A stretch of DNA of 64,000 bases from an uncultured Alphaproteobacteria bacterium. GTDB taxonomy: Bacteria; Pseudomonadota; Alphaproteobacteria; Sphingomonadales; Sphingomonadaceae. The notes beneath the pieces were generated by a model. The model was not told where the DNA came from, ran no database searches, and was given only the letters and a program-made list of their open reading frames with translations. Made by a program: the position numbers and the translations under genes. Numbering within the stretch: the stretch's first letter is position 1; each line of letters starts with the position of its first letter. Shown here one piece after another: positions 11,230-19,716 of this stretch. Where the stretch lies: assembly GCA_963740025.1 (NCBI GenBank), contig CAVUCI010000011.1, positions 294,825 through 358,824 of the forward strand, in the 5' to 3' direction.

Positions 11230-12501
11230 TCATATCGTACCGTCGCGAACGGCGGAAAGGTCCCCCGCCACGGTGCGCGCGGCCATGAAATAGTGTGCCG
11301 CCGCCCATAGCGACATGAGCGCCGCCCCGGCCATCGCGTAGCCGAGGGCGAGGTCTGATGGCAGCCCGCTTGCCGCCAGCCGGTCGCTCAGCGTGCCGAC
11401 GATGACCGGGCCCAGCCCGCCGATTAGCCCGCCGAAGATGTTCGTCAGTGCGTTGGCGGTCGCGCGCATCCGCGGGTGCATCATGTTCTGCAATGTGCCG
11501 ACCGTGACACCGAGGAAACTGAACTGGAGTACCGCCGCCAGCATCGTGAAGACCACGAACGGCACGAAGTCACCGCGGGTGAACGCGATCAGGTAGAGCG
11601 GTGCCGCCAGCAGCAGGCTCACCGCCGGTACCAGCGCGTAGGATGAGGGAAAGCGCGGCGCGAGCCGGTCGGCGATCACCCCGCCGGCGATCGTCGAAAC
11701 CGCTGCCGGAAAGCTCGATATGAGCGCTGTCGTCAATCCCGCTTCGCCCACGGGCAGTCCGAACCGACGGGTGATCAGCGCCGAGAGGAAGGCGATCAGG
11801 CCAAAACCGATCATCGCCCCGAGCGCCGATCCGATTACCAGATGGCGCGCGCTCGGCAACTCGATGAACCGGCGGACGACAGCTCCGATCGGCGGCACCG
11901 CGTCGTCCGCTGCCGTATCGTGCCCTCCGCGCACAGGTTCCTTCAGGAACAGCCAGATGCCCAGCGCGAGGACGAGGCCCGGCAGCCCTGTGACGATGAA
12001 CGCCCAGCGCCAGCCCCAGACCTGGGCGACGAACCCGCCGCCCGCGAGCCCGACGAACGCACCCAGCGGGGCGGCAAGCAAGAGCACCGACATCGCGGTC
12101 GCGCGGCGGCTCGGAGGGAAATAGTCGGCGATCAGCGACTGGTTGGCAGGCAGCCCCACCGCCTCACCCACGCCGACCGCGATCCGCGCCACGAGAAGCT
12201 GGTGCCACCCCTGCACGAACCCGCAGCCGGTCGCCGCTACCGACCAGAGCAATGTGCCCACCGTAGTGAAGGTCAGTCGTCGGCGACTCTCGGCAAAGCG
12301 CGCGACGACGACGCCGAGCACGATATTCAGTCCCGAGTATGCGAAGCCGAGAAGGCCGATCTGCTGGTCCGACAGGCCAAACTCGGCCTTGAGCGGTTCG
12401 ACCAGTGCATTGACCACGATGCGATCGACAAAGCCGATCAACCCCACGAGTGTAATCAGCGCCAGCGCAAAGCGCGGAGCCGAGCGACGCCAGCGTTTCA
12501 T
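11230..12501 (-). CDS. MFS transporter
   Basis: 423 aa, about 12 predicted TM segments, with an MFS-like GFVDRIVVN and ARFAESRRRL loop. Start lies 3 nt after the stop of the upstream NMO gene. Confidence 0.8.
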   Translation of the reverse strand: MKRWRRSAPRFALALITLVGLIGFVDRIVVNALVEPLKAEFGLSDQQIGLLGFAYSGLNIVLGVVVARFAESRRRLTFTTVGTLLWSVAATGCGFVQGWHQLLVARIAVGVGEAVGLPANQSLIADYFPPSRRATAMSVLLLAAPLGAFVGLAGGGFVAQVWGWRWAFIVTGLPGLVLALGIWLFLKEPVRGGHDTAADDAVPPIGAVVRRFIELPSARHLVIGSALGAMIGFGLIAFLSALITRRFGLPVGEAGLTTALISSFPAAVSTIAGGVIADRLAPRFPSSYALVPAVSLLLAAPLYLIAFTRGDFVPFVVFTMLAAVLQFSFLGVTVGTLQNMMHPRMRATANALTNIFGGLIGGLGPVIVGTLSDRLAASGLPSDLALGYAMAGAALMSLWAAAHYFMAARTVAGDLSAVRDGTI

Positions 12502-12504
12502 CGA

Positions 12505-13635
12505 TCAGCCGAGCGAACCGGAAAGCCGCTCCACGGCCTCGATGTAATCCTCGCGGAACTCCTGCACGATGGCCCGAGCCGGGCGGACCTCCTCGACAAG
12601 GCCAACACCCTGTCCGACGAAATAGGTGACGAGGTCGCGCGCCTGCTCGTTGCCGGTCTCGGCAGCGCGCTCGACGCGCGCGAGTGCGGGTTCGGAGATC
12701 ATGCCCATCAGCGGCATTGGCAGGGTGCCCGGTCCGTTTTCGGCGTCCCAGGCCTCGTGCCACGCGGTTCTGAGCTGGCGCGCGGGCTTGCCGGTGCGGC
12801 TGCGGGAACGGACGGTGTCACGGCTGCGCGCGGTGATCATCTTCTGGCGGAACGCATCGCTCGCTTCGCTTTCAGGGGTGGCTAGCCAAACGCTTCCGGT
12901 CCAGGCGCCGTCGGCACCAGCGGCCATCATCGCCGCCATCTGGCCGCCGGTCATGATGCCCCCGGCGGCAAGTACCGGAGTGTCGTGGCCCGCCCGCTCG
13001 AGCGCGCGGACGACCTCGGGGATGAGAACCAATGTCGAAACTTCGCCGCAATGCCCGCCGGCCTCGCCGCCCTGCGCGACGATGATGTCCACGCCTGCCT
13101 CGGCCTGGCGAATGGCGTGTTCCTTTGCACCGACGAGCGCCGCGACCGGCACGCCCCGCTTCTTGCCTTCCGCGATCATCGCGGGCGGCGCGATGCCGAG
13201 CGCGTTGGCGATCAGGCGGATCGGATGGCGGAAAGCGACTTCCATCAGCGCCATTCCGTTTTCGGGCGTGATTCCCATTCGCTCGCGCAGAGGTGCCACT
13301 GTGCGGCTGGCTTCGATTCCATATTGCGCCAGCAGGTCGGCGGCGAATTCGGCGTACTTCGGATCGATCGCAGCCGCGCGCGTGGCGTTATCGGACATCC
13401 CGGCGACGCGCGGATCGATCGTTTCGGGCACTATCACGTCCACGCCATAGGGCGCTCCGTCCACATGCGCTTCGATCCAAGCGAGCTCTTCCTCGAGCTG
13501 TTCGGGGCTGAACCGGGTGGCGCCAAGCACACCGAACCCGCCTGCCTTGCTCACTGCCGCGACGACGTCGCGGCAATGGCTGAAGGCGAACAGGGGAAAT
13601 TCCGCGCCGGTCAGTGCGCACACGCGATTGTTCAT
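12505..13635 (-). CDS. nitronate monooxygenase / NAD(P)H-dependent flavin oxidoreductase family protein
   Basis: NMO-type TIM-barrel motifs: FPLFAFSHCRDVV and IVAQGGEAGGH. I chose ATG 13635 (MNNRVCALTG), preceded by GGGAGAGG, rather than the track start 13662. Confidence 0.8.
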   Translation of the reverse strand: MNNRVCALTGAEFPLFAFSHCRDVVAAVSKAGGFGVLGATRFSPEQLEEELAWIEAHVDGAPYGVDVIVPETIDPRVAGMSDNATRAAAIDPKYAEFAADLLAQYGIEASRTVAPLRERMGITPENGMALMEVAFRHPIRLIANALGIAPPAMIAEGKKRGVPVAALVGAKEHAIRQAEAGVDIIVAQGGEAGGHCGEVSTLVLIPEVVRALERAGHDTPVLAAGGIMTGGQMAAMMAAGADGAWTGSVWLATPESEASDAFRQKMITARSRDTVRSRSRTGKPARQLRTAWHEAWDAENGPGTLPMPLMGMISEPALARVERAAETGNEQARDLVTYFVGQGVGLVEEVRPARAIVQEFREDYIEAVERLSGSLG

Positions 13636-13725
13636 TGCCTCTCCCGGGACGCTACGGCCCATTTCGAAGAGGTACTGTGCTACGTTTGGACTGTCCGGGG
13701 CAAGCGGTTCCTCGCCCTTGCGGGG

Positions 13726-14361
13726 TCAGCTTTCGTAATGCGCGGTCGTCTTGCCAGCTACTTCTTCGGCGGTCACGCCAGGAGCGAGCTCGATCAGCCT
13801 GAACGGGCTATCGTGGTCGGGCCGCTGGAAGACGGCGAGGTCGGTGACGATCATGTCGATCACGTTCCTGCCGGTCAGCGGCAGGGTGCATTCGGGAATG
13901 AACTTGGGGCTGCCGTCCTTCGCCGTGTGCTCCATCACGACGATGATTTTCTTGACCCCGGCGACAAGGTCCATCGCGCCGCCCATACCCTTGATCATTT
14001 TGCCGGGGATCATCCAGTTGGCGATGTCACCCTTTTCGGAAACCTCCATCGCACCCAGAACGGTCAGGTCGATGTGTCCGCCGCGGATCATCGCGAAACT
14101 GGCTGCGCTGTCGAAATAGGCGCTGTTCGGCAGCTCGCTGATGGTCTGCTTGCCGGCGTTGATGAGGTCGGGATCGACCTCGTCGTCATAGGGAAAGGGC
14201 CCGATCCCGAGCATGCCGTTTTCGCTTTGCAGGGTCACGTGCATCCCTTCGGGGATGTGGTTCGCCACAAGCGTCGGAATTCCGATGCCGAGATTGACGT
14301 AATATCCATCCTTCAGTTCGCGGGCGGCGCGGGCGGCCATGTCGTCGCGGGTCCAGGGCAT
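13726..14361 (-). CDS. scoB: 3-oxoacid CoA-transferase subunit B
   Basis: [32 protein letters not shown] and [10 protein letters not shown], the typical subunit B signature. Confidence 0.92.
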   Translation of the reverse strand: MPWTRDDMAARAARELKDGYYVNLGIGIPTLVANHIPEGMHVTLQSENGMLGIGPFPYDDEVDPDLINAGKQTISELPNSAYFDSAASFAMIRGGHIDLTVLGAMEVSEKGDIANWMIPGKMIKGMGGAMDLVAGVKKIIVVMEHTAKDGSPKFIPECTLPLTGRNVIDMIVTDLAVFQRPDHDSPFRLIELAPGVTAEEVAGKTTAHYES

Positions 14362-14374
14362 CGGTCTTCAATCC

Positions 14375-15238
14375 TCAGTTTGTTGTCAGGGGCGGGGGCA
14401 CGATGAACCACCCGGCTCCGATCAGTTTGTCGAGCGGCAGCGCCAGCACCGGATCGCGCAGGTAGGCGAACAGCTCGTCGAAATCCGCTTTCTCGTCGCC
14501 TGCGATGGCGAGCACGCAATGGCTCTTGGCGAAATCCTCGCGCCGGGTTTGCTTGCGTTCCTCCGGAAAGCGCAGGAGGACCAGCTCGTCTTCTCCCTCC
14601 GGGTCGAGGCCCGAAGTCTTGAGCGCACGGCGTACCATCCCCGCCTGATCGGCGGTGCGGTTGGAAACCCATCCGATGGTCACCCCGGCGTCTCGCAAGC
14701 CCGCAAGCCGGTCCGCGAGATCGGGATCGGTGGGGCTCGCCGCAGTCAGGTCGAAATGAGATTCGTCCGGGTCGAGGTCGATCAGGACGCTCGACGGCTG
14801 GACCGAACAGATCCGCGTCTCGGGGCTCATCGCGGTCGCATCGGCCAGCATCGCCGAGTGGCGCTCCGAGCCGACCACCGGAATGCGCGCCTGTTCTTGG
14901 GCATATGCGGCAAAGGCACCCCATCCGCTACCTTCGGCCCGAGGGCTCGCGCCGGAAGGTGGTGGCAACTGCCTGAGTTCCGTGAGTCGATAGACGGATG
15001 TCTTGGTGTCCACAGGGGCTGCAAGGGCCGCCTGTGTCCGTTCGCCGGGGATCGCGACCCGCGCCTGCTGCGGCTCGGTTGTCCCCGTGGTCGCGGAATG
15101 GTCGGCGCGCGATTTCACCACGCCGCCGGCCGCCAGCACCGGAAGCGCTGCCGCGGCAACGCAGCCCGACAATGCGGGCGCGATTGCGAGCGCGAGCAGG
15201 ATCGCGCTCCCCCGGCCTGGACGGCCGAGTCCGCTCAC
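14375..15238 (-). CDS. lipoprotein, HAD-superfamily class C acid phosphatase / e(P4) 5'-nucleotidase-like
   Basis: Track ORF 14375..15472 trimmed to GTG 15238, which overlaps the scoA stop (GTGA). Lipobox LLALAIAPALSGC. HAD-like motifs VLIDLDPDE, IGWVSNR and IAGDEKADFD (compare DxDxT, YVSNR and GDNxxDF of e(P4)). Confidence 0.6.
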   Translation of the reverse strand: MSGLGRPGRGSAILLALAIAPALSGCVAAAALPVLAAGGVVKSRADHSATTGTTEPQQARVAIPGERTQAALAAPVDTKTSVYRLTELRQLPPPSGASPRAEGSGWGAFAAYAQEQARIPVVGSERHSAMLADATAMSPETRICSVQPSSVLIDLDPDESHFDLTAASPTDPDLADRLAGLRDAGVTIGWVSNRTADQAGMVRRALKTSGLDPEGEDELVLLRFPEERKQTRREDFAKSHCVLAIAGDEKADFDELFAYLRDPVLALPLDKLIGAGWFIVPPPLTTN

Positions 15239-15942
15239 GCCGACTCGCGCTCGCGAACGGTCCGGAATTCGATCTTCTTGTCGTAGGGCGCACCGACGAT
15301 CATCCGCTGGACGTAGACGCCGGGCAGGTGGATGCAGTCGGGATCGAGACTGCCGACCGGAACGACTTCCTCCACCTCGACGACACAGACCTTCCCGCAG
15401 GTTGCAGCCGGCAGGTTGAAATTGCGTGCGGTCTTGCGGAACACGAGGTTGCCGGTCTCGTCGGCCTTCCACGCCTTCACGATTGCGAGGTCGGCGAAGA
15501 TGCCCCGTTCGAGAACGTATTCCTCTCCGTCGAAGATCTTGGTTTCCTTGCCCTCGGCCACTTTCGTGCCGACGCCGGTCTTGGTGTAGAACCCGGGGAT
15601 GCCCGCACCGCCAGCGCGCATCCGCTCGGCCAGCGTGCCCTGGGGGCAGAATTCTACTTCGAGCTCGCCAGAGAGGAACTGCCGTTCGAACTCCTTGTTC
15701 TCGCCGACGTAGGACGAGATCATCTTCTTGACCTGCTTGGTACGCAGCAGCTTGCCGATGCCTTCGTTGTCGATCCCCGCGTTGTTGCTGGCAAAGGTGA
15801 GCCCGGTCACCCCGCTGTCGCGGATCGCGTCGAGCAGCCGCTCAGGGATGCCGCAGAGGCCGAAACCGCCGCTTGCGATCAGCATGTCGTTCTTGATTAC
15901 GCCGTCGAGCGCGGCAGCTGCATCTGGGTAGAGCTTGTTCAT
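15235..15942 (-). CDS. scoA: 3-oxoacid CoA-transferase subunit A
   Basis: Real start is MNKLYPDAAAALDGVIKNDMLIASGGFGLCGIPE (ATG 15942) within track ORF 15235..16236. The N-terminal extension in the track is non-coding-like. Confidence 0.92.
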   Translation of the reverse strand: MNKLYPDAAAALDGVIKNDMLIASGGFGLCGIPERLLDAIRDSGVTGLTFASNNAGIDNEGIGKLLRTKQVKKMISSYVGENKEFERQFLSGELEVEFCPQGTLAERMRAGGAGIPGFYTKTGVGTKVAEGKETKIFDGEEYVLERGIFADLAIVKAWKADETGNLVFRKTARNFNLPAATCGKVCVVEVEEVVPVGSLDPDCIHLPGVYVQRMIVGAPYDKKIEFRTVRERESA

Positions 15943-16081
15943 CGCGAGGGGCTTAGCTCGCACTGCCGTGCGTGTCACGGGGCTGCGCGATTGCGATTTT
16001 TGCGGTTGTGTTGAGGAAAATGCAACGGTCCATGTTCTTTTCGCACTTGCACAATCTGCCGCACTGCAACATATCTCTCCC

Positions 16082-16149
16082 TGCCTTTCAGGCATCCTCT
16101 CCCAAGACTTCCAAGGCCCGGCGGGTTCATCCCTCCGGGCCTTTTTTTG
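16082..16149 (+). ncRNA. candidate small RNA or 5' leader attenuator (unnamed)
   Basis: Sigma70-like TTGCAC(16047-16052)-N17-CATATC(16070-16075). Small hairpin TGCCT-TTC-AGGCA (16082-16094) flanked by CTCTCCC (16075-16081) and CCTCTCCC (16096-16103). Ends in an orphan intrinsic terminator. No + strand CDS lies upstream. Confidence 0.3.
16113..16149 (+). terminator. intrinsic terminator not attached to any CDS
   Basis: 9-bp stem AAGGCCCGG (16113-16121) / CCGGGCCTT (16135-16143), 13-nt loop, run of 7 T (16142-16148). Confidence 0.6.
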
Positions 16150-16265
16150 TCTCCGGTCCGCGCCGCATTTACGGCACTGAATCGCTGCCCGTTCATTGGC
16201 AAAGTGTCGCCTGCTTCCTAGCTGAAGGGCCGACAAAGCGTTTTTGACGAGGAAGGGGCCCAGAC

Positions 16266-18608
16266 ATGGCCGATGCAGACGCCGGACCGGCGACGGAAGA
16301 ACGAACTATCCGGTTGCAAGTCGCGGCGGCACGGCAGGAGGAAAGCGGTCAGGGCATCGCCCGGATGCCGCGCAGCGCCTTCCAGGCGCTCGGCATCACC
16401 GAGGGCGATGTCGTCGAAATTACCGGCAAGCGCACGACCGCGGCGATCGCGGCGCCCGCCTATGACGAGGACCAGGCGCTCGAGGTGATCCGGCTCGACG
16501 GGCTCCAGCGCGGCAACGCAGAGGTCGGTAGCGGCGAACACGTCGTGATAAAGGTGGCGGAATCGCGCCCCGCGACCCGCGTGGTGTTTGCGCCCGCGCA
16601 GCGAGAGATGCGGCTGCAGGGGCCGACCGAGGCCCTTCAGCGCAATTTCTTCCAGAAGCCGCTGGTCGCCGGAGACATCGTCGCCACGACCGGGCAGCAG
16701 CCGGTCAACAACATGCCGCCCGAAGTGCGCCGGATGTTCAACCAGCCGGCCTATGCCCTGACCCAGATCCGCCTGTCGGTGGTCTCGACCGCGCCCAAGG
16801 GCATCGTCCACATCGACGAGAACACCGAGGTAGAATTGCGCGCGGAGTTCGAGGAGCCGCGCGACGGCCGCGCGGTCGTCAACTACGACGACGTCGGCGG
16901 CATTGGCGACACGATCCAGCAGCTTCGCGAGATGGTCGAGCTGCCGCTGCGCTATCCCGAACTATTCACCCGCCTGGGCGTCGACCCGCCGAAAGGCGTT
17001 CTGCTCCATGGCCCGCCGGGCACCGGCAAGACCCGCCTCGCGCAGGCGGTTGCCAACGAAAGCGACGCGCACTTCATCACCATCAATGGGCCCGAAATCA
17101 TGGGCTCGGGCTATGGCGAGAGCGAGAAGCGTCTGCGCGAGGTTTTCGAGGAGGCCGCGAAGAACTCTCCGGCGATCATTTTCATCGACGAGATCGATTC
17201 GATCGCTCCCAAGCGGAATCAGACCCCCGGCGAAGCGGAGAAGCGCCTCGTCGCGCAGCTGCTCACGCTGATGGACGGGCTCGAGGCGCGCTCGAACATC
17301 GTCGTCATTGCCGCGACCAATCGGCCCGACGCGATCGACGAGGCGCTGCGGCGGCCAGGCCGCTTCGACCGCGAGATCGTGATCGGCGTGCCCGACGAGA
17401 AGGGTCGCCGCGAGATTCTGTCAATCCATACCCGCGGCATGCCGCTTGGCGACAAGGTCGACCTGAACGAGCTGGCCAAGACCACGCACGGCTTCGTCGG
17501 TGCGGACATCGCCGCGCTCGCCCGCGAGGCTGCGATCGAGGCGGTGCGCCGGATCATGCCCAAGCTCGACCTCGATGCGCGAGAAATTCCGCCCGAAGTG
17601 CTGGAGGAACTCTATGTCGGGCGCGAGGACTTCTTCGAGGCGCTGAAGCGCATCCAGCCGAGCGCGATGCGCGAAGTGATGGTGCAGGTGCCCAACGTCG
17701 GCTGGTCCGACATCGGGGGGGTGGCCGACGCGATCGACAAGCTCAAGGAAGGGGTCGAGCTTCCGCTCAAGAACCCCGACGCTTTCCGGCGCCTCGGCAT
17801 CCGTCCAGCAAAGGGGTTCCTGCTGTATGGCCCCCCCGGCACCGGCAAGACCCTGCTCGCCAAGGCCGTGGCGAAGGAGGCTGAGGCGAACTTCATTTCG
17901 ATGAAGAGCTCGGACCTGCTGTCGAAGTGGTACGGCGAGAGCGAACAGCAGATCGCCCGACTGTTCCAGCGTGCTCGTTCGGTTGCACCATGCATTCTGT
18001 TCATCGACGAGATCGACAGCCTCGTGCCCGCGCGCGGATCGGGTCAGGGCGAACCGCAGGTGACGGGCCGTGTCGTCAACACGATCCTTGCCGAAATGGA
18101 CGGGCTGGAAGAACTCCAGTCGGTCGTGGTCATCGGGGCCACCAACCGCCCGACGCTCGTCGATCCTGCCTTGCTCAGGCCCGGGCGTTTCGATGAGCTC
18201 GTCTATGTCGGCACGCCCGACAAGGCGGGCCGTGAGATGATCCTGGGTATTCACACCCGGAACATGCCGCTGGCGAGTGATGTCGACCTCGGCAAGGTCG
18301 CCGCCGACACCGAGCGCTTCACCGGAGCGGATCTCGAAGACGTCGTTCGGCGTGCTGGACTCAATGCACTTCGCCGGGTCGGCAACGAGGTGTCGGAAGT
18401 CTCTGCGAAGGATTTCGCGGTGGCGCTCGAGGATTCGCGCGCCACGGTCACCGCGAAGATGGAAGAGGAATACAAGAAGATGCGCGGCGAGTTGAAAAAG
18501 CGCGCTGCCGAGACGGGGGCGAGCATCGGCTTCATCACCGACGGCATGCTCGAGCCGACACGGGAGTTCAAGCACGCGCCCGCGACGGTAGATCGCAAGC
18601 AGGACTAG
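16266..18608 (+). CDS. Cdc48/VCP/p97-like AAA+ ATPase (N domain plus two AAA modules)
   Basis: 780 aa. N-terminal Cdc48-N-like IRLQVAAARQEESGQGIARMPRSAFQALGITEGDVVEITGKRTTAAI. Two Walker A sites, LLHGPPGTGKTRLA and LLYGPPGTGKTLLA. Two Walker B sites, IIFIDEIDS and ILFIDEIDS. SRH-like ATNRPDAIDEALRRPGRFDR and ATNRPTLVDPALLRPGRFDE. Confidence 0.88.
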   Translation: MADADAGPATEERTIRLQVAAARQEESGQGIARMPRSAFQALGITEGDVVEITGKRTTAAIAAPAYDEDQALEVIRLDGLQRGNAEVGSGEHVVIKVAESRPATRVVFAPAQREMRLQGPTEALQRNFFQKPLVAGDIVATTGQQPVNNMPPEVRRMFNQPAYALTQIRLSVVSTAPKGIVHIDENTEVELRAEFEEPRDGRAVVNYDDVGGIGDTIQQLREMVELPLRYPELFTRLGVDPPKGVLLHGPPGTGKTRLAQAVANESDAHFITINGPEIMGSGYGESEKRLREVFEEAAKNSPAIIFIDEIDSIAPKRNQTPGEAEKRLVAQLLTLMDGLEARSNIVVIAATNRPDAIDEALRRPGRFDREIVIGVPDEKGRREILSIHTRGMPLGDKVDLNELAKTTHGFVGADIAALAREAAIEAVRRIMPKLDLDAREIPPEVLEELYVGREDFFEALKRIQPSAMREVMVQVPNVGWSDIGGVADAIDKLKEGVELPLKNPDAFRRLGIRPAKGFLLYGPPGTGKTLLAKAVAKEAEANFISMKSSDLLSKWYGESEQQIARLFQRARSVAPCILFIDEIDSLVPARGSGQGEPQVTGRVVNTILAEMDGLEELQSVVVIGATNRPTLVDPALLRPGRFDELVYVGTPDKAGREMILGIHTRNMPLASDVDLGKVAADTERFTGADLEDVVRRAGLNALRRVGNEVSEVSAKDFAVALEDSRATVTAKMEEEYKKMRGELKKRAAETGASIGFITDGMLEPTREFKHAPATVDRKQD

Positions 18609-19681
18609 GCCGGGGCGCCCTCGGCTGCCACCGCGGCGTGGAGCAGCGCGTCGGGCTGTTCCTGCCGCAGCCAGTCGAGCATGTGCTCGCGCACTGCACA
18701 GCGAAGATCGAACAGCTCGCCGATGGTGTTCGAGCTCATCGCGAGGCGCAGTTCGACCGAGCCCGCGCGCGCTTCGGTCATGACCAGCTTGGCCGTGCGC
18801 TCGTCCCATTCAGGCTGCGTCGCGACAAAGCGCAGGAACTCGGCTCGAATGGGCTCCACCTGCGCTTCAGGAGCGAGCTGGAGATAGACCGGTCCGGTCA
18901 GCATCTCGTTCACCCTCGACCAGTTCTCGAAGCTGTTGTCGAGGAACCGGCTTGTCGGGACGATCGCCGCGCGCTCGTCCCACATCCGCACGACGACGAA
19001 GCTCATGCGGATTTCCTCGACGCGCCCGGTATGCCCGTCGATCGCGACCAGGTCGCCGAGGCGCAGCGGTTCGGTCATCGCCATCTGCAGCCCGGCGATC
19101 AGAGACTTGAGCGCAGGCTGTGCCGCCGCGCCTACGGCCAGTGCGGCAAGACCGGCGGAGGCGAGCAGCGTTGCTCCGACCTGCTTCACGCCAGGCAGCT
19201 GGAACAGCATTAGCCCGACGGTCACGAACACGATCGCGAAAGTGGCGGTGCGCGAAAGGATCGCTATCCGGGTCCGGCGGCTGCGGGCAGCGGCCAGATC
19301 GGTCGATATTTCCGCCTGGTGGTCGAGCGCGGCGGCGAACGCCTTTACCAGCGAGTAGGCGATCCAGCCGACCAGAGCGGGGACGACGAAGCGGGCGATC
19401 ACGTGCCAACCGGCAGCAATCGTGTCGTCCACCTCGGCCACGAGTGCGAGCGCGATGGCAATCGCCGCCCATCGCGTGGGAGCGCGCAGAAGTTCGACGA
19501 TCATCTCGTCCGTGTCGCTCTCGGTCCGCGCGGCGAGTCGGCAGGCGATGGCAAAGACGATGCGGTGGAGGAGCAGCGCAATGAGCACCGCTCCCACGCC
19601 ATAGACCGCGGCGTGCGCAAGGGCGGACCAGTCGATGTTGTAATTGGTCGGGTCGAGTTCGCGGAACATGGGATTGCGCAC
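18605..19681 (-). CDS. mechanosensitive ion channel family protein (MscS-like)
   Basis: 358 aa. N-terminal TM helices, then an MscS beta-domain-like LGDLVAIDGHTGRVEEIRMSFVVVRMWDERAAIVPTSRFLDNSFENWSR. Confidence 0.82.
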   Translation of the reverse strand: MRNPMFRELDPTNYNIDWSALAHAAVYGVGAVLIALLLHRIVFAIACRLAARTESDTDEMIVELLRAPTRWAAIAIALALVAEVDDTIAAGWHVIARFVVPALVGWIAYSLVKAFAAALDHQAEISTDLAAARSRRTRIAILSRTATFAIVFVTVGLMLFQLPGVKQVGATLLASAGLAALAVGAAAQPALKSLIAGLQMAMTEPLRLGDLVAIDGHTGRVEEIRMSFVVVRMWDERAAIVPTSRFLDNSFENWSRVNEMLTGPVYLQLAPEAQVEPIRAEFLRFVATQPEWDERTAKLVMTEARAGSVELRLAMSSNTIGELFDLRCAVREHMLDWLRQEQPDALLHAAVAAEGAPA

Positions 19682-19716
19682 TATGGGCCAGAGCGTGTGC
19701 TGGCAACCCGGCGGAA

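Noticed and set aside
15239-15472. N-terminal extension of track ORF 14375..15472
   Set aside because: It would overlap the 3' end of scoA by more than 230 nt. An in-frame GTG at 15238 gives a clean lipoprotein signal peptide and a GTGA coupling with scoA.
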